The position numbers and the translations under genes were made by a program. This document shows positions 59,401 through 64,000 of a stretch of 64,000 nt of DNA, piece by piece. Numbering within the stretch: position 1 is the first letter of the stretch; each line of letters opens with the position of its first letter. The notes beneath the pieces are model-generated. The model was not told the origin of the DNA. It was given only the letters and a program-made list of their open reading frames with translations, and did not search any database. The stretch is from Amoebophrya sp. A120. Taxonomy: Eukaryota; Protista; Dinoflagellata. The stretch is taken from assembly GCA_905178155.1 (NCBI GenBank), contig CAJINV010000006.1:1551876-1615875 (forward strand), written 5' to 3'.

Positions 59401-62400
59401 CCAGACCCCGCTTTCGGACGCTGCGACGCAGAACGCTTTGTTTGAGGCAGAGAATTTCAAAAAGTTTTTAGGGGGAACAGCAGTAGAAGATCAGGCGCGC
59501 TTCAACATTCAGGGCGTGGTCTGCAAGAATGGCGGGTCCCCACGGCCCGTGTTCTCCTTATGGCATTCTCAAACGTTACAATCTCAACTGTTACATGCGT
59601 TTGTGATGCAAGAACAGCAACAGTGAAATCGTCGAGCTTGCAACTCTCGCATCACAAATCTCGAACAGATTTTAATGCTGTTTAGCCCTTCCAGAATTTG
59701 CCATGCGAAGTAACCTTAGTCGTCTGGCGGCTTATGGTCTACTTTTGCATGACAAATCATGTAACACTTGAGAATGTAACAGTGGAGAAAGCCATACTCC
59801 TGTCCCCCGGGTTTGGACCTCCGTTTCGAGGGCGGGTGCGGCCTAGCGGCGGACCCCGGTATCCTGTGTAAAAACGTCCCTTTCCCATAGTCAAGGTGGG
59901 GATTTTGCAACACAAACCTAGGAGTTTTGGGAGTCACGCATGACAAGTTGCACTCCGTAGTGTAGTGCAGGTTAGCAAGTGCAGCCGCATCACAGATCCA
60001 TCTGCTCGCTCTGTTCTCAGCATCACAAATTCTAAAAGACGATTGGAAATGTCTACCATGGGTATGCGCATCACAAATGTCTTTGTCATTGCAAATCTGC
60101 ATGACAACTCTGGAGTGGGGACGTTTTTGCTCAGGATACCCGGGGGCCCCTCGTATTTTTCGACGGAACAGCCGGAATTCGTCGCCCCCAGCTTCCTGCA
60201 ACTATCAAATGTAATTAAAAGTGTCTGGGTCTGGAAGAGTCATGCTGTTTGTGCATGACACAGAAGGTCTGGCACGGAAGCTCTAGCATCACAGGTTTCG
60301 AGAAGCTTCCGCAATGCCGAACCCGCATGAGAAATCCCCCAGTTTGGTGACAGAAAGTCGGCAGCTTTTGCTACCTATGCATGAGAGATTTTTCTATGTT
60401 CTAAAATGCGCATCACAAGAACGGATCCTTCCAGACCCAGACATTTTTGCATTTCATAGCAACTTGTGCGCGACAAATTTCAGACGCTGTCGGAACCAGG
60501 ACCAGAAAACGAAAACGCGTTGGAGGTGGACTTGAATCCAACTACCAGCGCCGGCGCAACAAGCACTAGTACTACAACCAGTAGTCCCCGTCCCGTGGGG
60601 ATGTCTGGGTATAATTATGGGTCTGACATCATTTTTCACGAAAAGGAAGTTGTAAATCCAGCGGAACTACTTCTGAATAGGGGCGAGGCATCAACTTCTG
60701 CAGCGCTCTCATCATCTGCGTCGAAGGGGGCGTCGGCTACACGAAGAAAGCACGAGAAGAGCCGGCAACATCTTGTCTCTGACCCTCAGCAAAAATTCCA
60801 CGGCAAGAAAAATAACGTCGAGGACAAAATAAACTTCCTCGAGCTACAAGTTCGTGTTGCAGACGAAGCTGCTGAAGAGAAAATTGTAGGAACCCAGGTG
60901 TTAAACAAAGGCGGTTATCAGGCCACGAACGAAGTGCCCATCGCGAACGAGGACAGGCGGAACCGGAAAATTTGGAACGCCTACACACCGACCTGTTGCA
61001 AGGAAGTCGACGGTATCAAATGTAAAGATGGCTGGGTCTGGAAGATTCTGACACTTGTCATGCACGCTTTGCATGAGCCATGATGTCTGTGATGCATACC
61101 CTAGTAATACAGATTTTTTGAGGGCTTCTTGATGCCTTTTCCGCATGGCAAATGTCTCCTGAGCGTAGCAAAAATTGCATTCCCTTTGCTACTCATGCAA
61201 TACAGATTTTTTTGGAAACCAAATGTAGCAACACAAGTTGCATTCTTCCAGATCCAGACATTTTTGCATTTGATAGACGGTTCTACCCCGGACTGGTCCT
61301 ACCGCTTCGACTGGTTTGAAACCACCCTGTATCAACCGCAAAAATGTCTGGGTCTGGAAACTTGTAATGCTAAAAGTGAATGTTGGTAGACGTCGCACTG
61401 CAATGCGCAGCTATGCATGACGAATTCTTTGGCTGCCATGTCTTGCGTTTTCCGCATGGCAAGCTGCGTTTTTGCGTGACAGGTAAGAGGGCCACCTTTT
61501 CGCGCCTATGCAACACAGATTCTCGAGCCATGCCAGACAAGCATGACAAACTTGCATTCTTCCAGACCCAGATGACGCTTTTGCATTTGATACCCTGCCT
61601 GCGCAAAAAACCAACGCGCTACACGTGAACAACCAACTCCCTGTCTACGACCTGACGAAGGCGCTGACCGCGCCGGGCTATTCCGCCCACACTATGCCTT
61701 GTAAAAACGTCCCCACGACCCGCCATAAGTAGTCAAATTGGTAAATCTGCTACACAAATCTACAAGTTTTGGCTCTTGCGCACGACACGTTTGGGCTCGT
61801 AGTGTAGTCCTGTTTAGCTAGTGCAGCCGCATGACAAACCGACTGCCTTATCCTGAGTCCATCATGACAAACCTCCAGATAGTATGATTAGAAACTGGTG
61901 CCTCTCATGCGGCTGCGCATGCGAGACACTTTAGGCTTGCAGATTTCCATGACAACTCTGGGGTGGGGACGATTTTGCTCAGGATACACACCCAGCGGCT
62001 GGTGGCCACCTGCTTTTCTATGGATTGCAAAAATGTCTGGGTCTGGAAGGGTGCCAGACTTGTCATGCAGATTTTCTATGGCCCATGAGGTCTGGTATGT
62101 AGGACATAGCATGACAGATTCTGTGAGAGTTCTATCAGGCCTATCCTGCATGAGAAACTGCGTCTCGATTAGGTCAAAAGTGGACAGCTTTTGGTAATCA
62201 TGCAACACAGATTTTTGCATGATTCAGCTTTAGCATGACATGTTGCTTTGTTCCAGACCCAGACATTTTTACATATTGAAACTTTCCGTCCCCTACCCGT
62301 TGAGCATGGAAAAAGAAGCCACGAATCACGACTTCTGCCACAATATGCATTCGGAAATACGTCTGGGTCTGGAAGAGTCGGGGCTTGTCATGCACATTTT

Positions 62401-64000
62401 GCATGGCTCGGGAAGTCTCTGATGCTGGTGCTAGCATCACAGATTTTTTGATGAGAGGTTCTTGATGCTAATTACGCATGACAAATGCCCTCTCCGCGTG
62501 CCAAGAACTGGACTCCTTTTGCTGCAGCTCATGCAGCACAGATATTTTTAGGATCCGCAGACAGCATTACAAGTTCGACTCGTCCAGATCCAGACATATT
62601 CGCAGTTGATACACAAATTTTTCAACAAACTTGTGGACGTGTGCGGCGGCCCGTGGACACTGAAAGACGGCTATGGAAGCGTCAGGATCGAAATCGACAA
62701 AGTTGAAATAGTTTGTGATGCATAAAGTGCAACAAAGAAATTGCCTCTATTGCAGAGGACGCAAGGGATGCAGATTGTAAGCCTGTAAATGAGGGGTGCT
62801 ACAGATTGAGCTGCCAAAGTAGCATGACAAAAGGCGTCCTCCTTACCCAAACAGCATTACAAACTGGATTTCAGTTCTACCCAAATTTGTCATTCGCCAC
62901 TTGAAAACTAGGCGCCAACTGGTATCCGTTTCATGCATCACAAATTATTTCAACTTTCACGATTTCGGTCCTGACGCTTTCATAACGGCACGCACGAGTT
63001 CATGCGCGCTCGCCCGGGGTTTGCCGCGACGCCGGGAAAGAACATTTGTGCGGATCCTGACGCGCCGGTGCCGCCACCCACAACGAGCACGACAGCGGCG
63101 CCCCCGCCCCCTCTGTAGGGAATGCAAAAGCATCGTACAACTTCTAGTATAGATCGCATGACAAATTTTTTCCCCAGCTGCATGAGGGATCATGGAATTC
63201 GTCGTGCGCATTTGCAGCTTTGTGGAAGAGATTTGTATTGCATGACTGCAATTAGTACCAGTTGTGCGCTAGTGCTTTTGCATTGGATACCCTGCCTCCA
63301 CCGCCATCTTCGACGTCCTCAACCACCTGGCCGCCTGCACCGTACTATTCCACTATCAAATGTAAAAATGTCTGGGTCTGGAAGATTCTGAGACTTGTCA
63401 TGCATGTTTTGCATGACCCAGGATGTCTGTAATGCACGACCTAGCATCACAGATTTTTAGAGGGCTTCCTGATGGCTACTCCGCATGACAAACGCCCTTC
63501 CCGCGTAGCAAAAATTGCACTCCCTTTGCTGCTCATGCAATACAGATTTTTTTAGAGACCAAAGTTAGCATCACAAGTTCCAATCCTTCCAGACCCAGAC
63601 ATTTTTACATTTGATATCCACGATATCGCAACAAAAACGTGTTTTACTGTTATAGGATTTTGGAACTTCAAGTTTTGCATTTGCATCACAAAAGATAATT
63701 TGGTCTGCATAGACAACAAGGTGGAAAATTGAAATTTCCCATGCGAGTGTCGGTCTCTTACGGATGAAAAACTCGCCGAAGAAAAGTCCAATCTCTTGCT
63801 CTTGCATGTGTACTAGCAGCGCGACCGCTTGTTCTTTCCCTGTTGCGTCCTGCTCCTTTTTGGCATGATCACAAGTCATTTACAGTGAAGCAGTTCTTTC
63901 TTGTGATAAACGACCCGGCACATGCAGTATGCCGACCTATCAAATGTAAAAATGTCTGGGTCTGGAAGAATGCAACTTGTGACGCTGAATTTGGATTCCA
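29491..64000 (+). CDS. Gene 4b (3'-partial, about 80 introners): giant protein with three degenerate EEP/DNase-I-like repeats, Cys-rich modules and Pro/Thr linkers
   Basis: Single frame recovered by removing elements+5 nt, one 53-nt GT-AG intron and the 36.6-38.1 kb insertion. Recurrent motifs [SY]FGVx[SHQ]W, DRNDxLxKxY, VQLFWN, TGGCI, NYDRAFVA, TCC..YRFD, LPVY..VATCF. Start codon uncertain. Confidence 0.7.
29625..29677 (+). other. Canonical GT-AG intron (53 nt)
   Basis: tg|gtaaga..tttttcag|g; frame AAW-PAFEF restored; same position in the paralogue. Confidence 0.8.
29832..30110. mobile_element. Introner family C
   Basis: flanks ttcgg/gtcgg. Confidence 0.9.
30297..30548. mobile_element. Introner family A
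   Basis: flanks ttctg/ttctg. Confidence 0.9.
30627..30841. mobile_element. Introner family F
   Basis: flanks atatc/ctatc. Confidence 0.9.
30907..31134. mobile_element. Introner family F
   Basis: flanks gggaa/gcgaa. Confidence 0.85.
31211..31363. mobile_element. Introner family B
   Basis: flanks atttt/atttt. Confidence 0.9.
31404..31685. mobile_element. Introner family C
   Basis: flanks ccccg/ctccg. Confidence 0.85.
31718..31969. mobile_element. Introner family A
   Basis: flanks ctagg/ctagg. Confidence 0.9.
32919..33127. mobile_element. Introner family F
   Basis: flanks caaga/cgaga. Confidence 0.9.
33528..33701. mobile_element. Introner family B
   Basis: flanks tgcgc/cgcgc. Confidence 0.85.
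33811..34134. mobile_element. Introner family I
   Basis: flanks atact/ctact. Confidence 0.85.
34189..34441. mobile_element. Introner family A
   Basis: flanks cctca/cttca. Confidence 0.85.
34495..34702. mobile_element. Introner family F
   Basis: flanks ggagc/ggagc. Confidence 0.9.
34743..34902. mobile_element. Introner family B
   Basis: flanks gctgt/gctgt. Confidence 0.85.
34953..36079. mobile_element. Introner family J hosting Helitron-like element
   Basis: TIR tatg..agc.tcag..tggaaatcctcaaagtg; flanks tggcg/tggcg. Confidence 0.9.
34990..35808 (+). mobile_element. Non-autonomous Helitron-like element nested in an introner
   Basis: Starts TC, ends CTGG, hairpin gctccggc-ggca-gccggagc 8 nt before the end, inserted between A and T with no TSD. 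The host sequence resumes as in the uninterrupted copy at 50055. Confidence 0.75.
36141..36524. mobile_element. Introner family A hosting retro-fragment
   Basis: flanks ctgac/ctgac. Confidence 0.85.
36314..36374 (+). mobile_element. Short retro-insertion with (CTA)n tail inside an introner
   Basis: Flanked by 15-bp duplication atgacagaaaagtgg; ends in about 7 CTA units. Confidence 0.55.
36614..38148. mobile_element. 1535-bp unclassified insertion flanked by a 57-bp exon duplication
   Basis: 36557-36613 is identical to 38149-38205; contains a foldback (about 37125-37327) and a tandem array. Confidence 0.7.
37334..37985. repeat. Tandem array of a 57-bp self-palindromic unit, about 11 copies
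   Basis: Unit gcagaggttgattttatcgtcgcgaaatttcgcgcccataaaatcgacctcttggaa; central copies identical, edge copies degenerate. Confidence 0.95.
38263..38563. mobile_element. Introner family C
   Basis: flanks gcgca/acaca. Confidence 0.85.
38592..38844. mobile_element. Introner family G
   Basis: flanks cacat/cacgt. Confidence 0.9.
38911..39216. mobile_element. Introner family H
   Basis: flanks gaact/gaact. Confidence 0.9.
39437..39584. mobile_element. Introner family B
   Basis: flanks gacct/gacct. Confidence 0.9.
39621..39910. mobile_element. Introner family C
   Basis: flanks gtgat/gtgat. Confidence 0.9.
39930..40183. mobile_element. Introner family A
   Basis: flanks aaaaa/aaaaa. Confidence 0.9.
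40234..40406. mobile_element. Introner family B
   Basis: flanks caact/caact. Confidence 0.9.
40503..40712. mobile_element. Introner family F
   Basis: flanks ttttc/ttttc. Confidence 0.9.
40762..40899. mobile_element. Introner family B
   Basis: flanks ggatg/ggatg. Confidence 0.9.
41047..41343. mobile_element. Introner family C
   Basis: flanks gaagt/aaagt. Confidence 0.9.
41565..41821. mobile_element. Introner family A
   Basis: flanks atgcg/gcgcg. Confidence 0.85.
41875..43363. mobile_element. Introner family B hosting Harbinger-like element
   Basis: flanks ctctg/ctctg. Confidence 0.9.
41995..43331. mobile_element. PIF/Harbinger-like non-autonomous element nested in an introner
   Basis: About 40-bp TIR gagcctgtacgattaatcgacccccttctcgataccgagaag; TTA duplicated (41992-41994, 43332-43334); no transposase ORF seen. 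Confidence 0.75.
43646..43953. mobile_element. Introner family H
   Basis: flanks aacgt/aacgt. Confidence 0.9.
44012..44336. mobile_element. Introner family I (ends ATG)
   Basis: flanks caccg/cgccg. Confidence 0.8.
44621..44899. mobile_element. Introner family C
   Basis: flanks aataa/aacaa. Confidence 0.9.
44958..45215. mobile_element. Introner family A
   Basis: flanks tgccc/cgccc. Confidence 0.9.
45271..45531. mobile_element. Introner family A
   Basis: flanks acgac/acgac. Confidence 0.9.
45589..45848. mobile_element. Introner family A
   Basis: flanks cagcc/cagcc. Confidence 0.9.
45907..46214. mobile_element. Introner family J
   Basis: flanks tcacc/tcacc. Confidence 0.9.
46276..46512. 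mobile_element. Introner family E
   Basis: flanks gtcga/gccga. Confidence 0.9.
46569..46837. mobile_element. Introner family A
   Basis: flanks gcgac/gcgac. Confidence 0.9.
46931..47225. mobile_element. Introner family C (ends ACA)
   Basis: flanks ttctc/ttctc. Confidence 0.85.
47279..47429. mobile_element. Introner family B
   Basis: flanks tgaac/tgaac. Confidence 0.9.
47730..47964. mobile_element. Introner family F
   Basis: flanks cgaac/cgaac. Confidence 0.85.
47988..48266. mobile_element. Introner family C
   Basis: flanks ttctt/ttctt; near-identical reverse complement of 29832-30110. Confidence 0.9.
48298..48561. mobile_element. Introner family A
   Basis: flanks acggg/acggg. Confidence 0.9.
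48759..49078. mobile_element. Introner family I
   Basis: flanks actgg/actgg. Confidence 0.9.
49109..49363. mobile_element. Introner family A
   Basis: flanks cgacc/cgacc. Confidence 0.9.
49735..49999. mobile_element. Introner family A
   Basis: flanks tcact/tcact. Confidence 0.9.
50055..50366. mobile_element. Introner family J
   Basis: flanks gtcac/gtcac. Confidence 0.9.
50421..50890. mobile_element. Introner family C hosting a family B copy
   Basis: flanks tcgtg/tcgtg. Confidence 0.9.
50632..50781. mobile_element. Nested introner family B
   Basis: flanks tccaa/tccaa. Confidence 0.9.
51184..51623. mobile_element. Chimeric introner (left half family A, right half family C) at duplication junction
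   Basis: non-matching TIRs and flanks aacga/tcgtg; junction near 51323-51331. Confidence 0.85.
51454..51602. mobile_element. Nested introner family B
   Basis: flanks acgtt/acttt; interrupts the family C right TIR. Confidence 0.85.
51675..51915. mobile_element. Introner family E
   Basis: flanks ttcga/ctcga. Confidence 0.9.
51944..52259. mobile_element. Introner family I
   Basis: flanks tctga/tctga. Confidence 0.9.
52301..52516. mobile_element. Introner family F
   Basis: flanks gcact/gcact. Confidence 0.9.
52580..52849. mobile_element. Introner family A
   Basis: flanks atagg/ccagg. Confidence 0.9.
52980..53263. mobile_element. Introner family A
   Basis: flanks aacga/aacga. Confidence 0.9.
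53530..53852. mobile_element. Introner family I
   Basis: flanks gggaa/gggaa. Confidence 0.9.
54056..54301. mobile_element. Introner family D (degenerate)
   Basis: flanks gggga/gggga. Confidence 0.8.
54361..54622. mobile_element. Introner family A
   Basis: flanks gcccg/gcccg. Confidence 0.9.
55029..55295. mobile_element. Introner family A
   Basis: flanks ttcca/ttccc. Confidence 0.9.
55511..55842. mobile_element. Introner family C (small internal insertion between cacccca repeats)
   Basis: flanks tgcgg/tgcgg. Confidence 0.9.
56023..56287. mobile_element. Introner family A
   Basis: flanks cagtg/cagtg. Confidence 0.9.
56703..56965. mobile_element. Introner family A
   Basis: flanks gggca/gggca. 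Confidence 0.9.
56991..57216. mobile_element. Introner family F (starts TAC)
   Basis: flanks actgc/actgc. Confidence 0.85.
57250..57485. mobile_element. Introner family E
   Basis: flanks cgaac/cgaac. Confidence 0.9.
57669..58162. mobile_element. Introner family A with nested family F in its right TIR
   Basis: flanks ccaac/acaac. Confidence 0.9.
57945..58153. mobile_element. Nested introner family F
   Basis: flanks cattt/cattt. Confidence 0.9.
58211..58489. mobile_element. Introner family C
   Basis: flanks cggca/cggca. Confidence 0.9.
58558..58893. mobile_element. Introner family I
   Basis: flanks caaaa/caaaa. Confidence 0.9.
59048..59307. mobile_element. Introner family A
   Basis: flanks acaaa/acaaa. 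Confidence 0.9.
59559..59796. mobile_element. Introner family E
   Basis: flanks ctcct/ctcct. Confidence 0.9.
59860..60138. mobile_element. Introner family C
   Basis: flanks cccgg/cccgg. Confidence 0.9.
60203..60458. mobile_element. Introner family A
   Basis: flanks gcaac/gcaac. Confidence 0.9.
61014..61275. mobile_element. Introner family A
   Basis: flanks gacgg/gacgg. Confidence 0.9.
61330..61592. mobile_element. Introner family A
   Basis: flanks ccctg/ccctg. Confidence 0.9.
61693..61986. mobile_element. Introner family C
   Basis: flanks cacac/cacac. Confidence 0.9.
62019..62281. mobile_element. Introner family A (ends AAA)
   Basis: flanks ttttc/ctttc. Confidence 0.8.
62344..62611. mobile_element. 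Introner family A
   Basis: flanks cacaa/cacaa. Confidence 0.9.
62672..62984. mobile_element. Introner family H
   Basis: flanks acggc/acggc. Confidence 0.9.
63116..63289. mobile_element. Introner family B (degenerate, starts TAG)
   Basis: flanks ctctg/ccctg. Confidence 0.75.
63354..63616. mobile_element. Introner family A
   Basis: flanks tccac/tccac. Confidence 0.9.
63624..63908. mobile_element. Introner family F-like (degenerate)
   Basis: flanks cacga/aacga. Confidence 0.8.
63938..64000. mobile_element. Introner family A (cut by window end)
   Basis: left TIR tatcaaatgtaaaaatgtctgggtctggaa. Confidence 0.85.

Noticed and set aside
4-63879. Hundreds of short ORFs with KCKNVWVWK, FQTQTFLHLI, ANMSGSG or CAKVSYS peptides
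   Set aside because: They are translations of introner TIRs in various frames and on both strands, not a protein family.

Overview
Eukaryotic nuclear DNA, most consistent with a Syndiniales dinoflagellate such as Amoebophrya (inferred from intron architecture only; no database search). Roughly half the window consists of about 125 (manual count) short non-autonomous elements, mostly 140-330 bp. They start TAT, end ATA, carry 20-30 bp terminal inverted repeats (TIRs, about 10 families, labelled A-J here) and are flanked by 5-bp direct repeats. They sit almost entirely inside coding sequence and have no obligatory GT-AG. Removing 'element + 5 nt' restored the reading frame at the junctions I translated, so they behave as non-canonical 'introner' introns. 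Manual splicing gives six + strand genes: (1) a vWA/Cache-like single-pass membrane protein with a long K/E-rich tail; (2) a small TM protein; (3a/3b) two tandem paralogues of a putative secreted coiled-coil protein; (4a) a truncated duplicate of the 5' end of gene 4b; (4b) a gene over 34 kb with three degenerate EEP/DNase-I-like repeats and Cys-rich modules. Other transposons (MULE-like, Helitron-like, Harbinger-like, a retro-fragment) and further introners are nested inside introners. A duplication with breakpoints in introners creates a candidate mutually exclusive exon pair. Most short ORFs in the supplied track are translations of element sequence.
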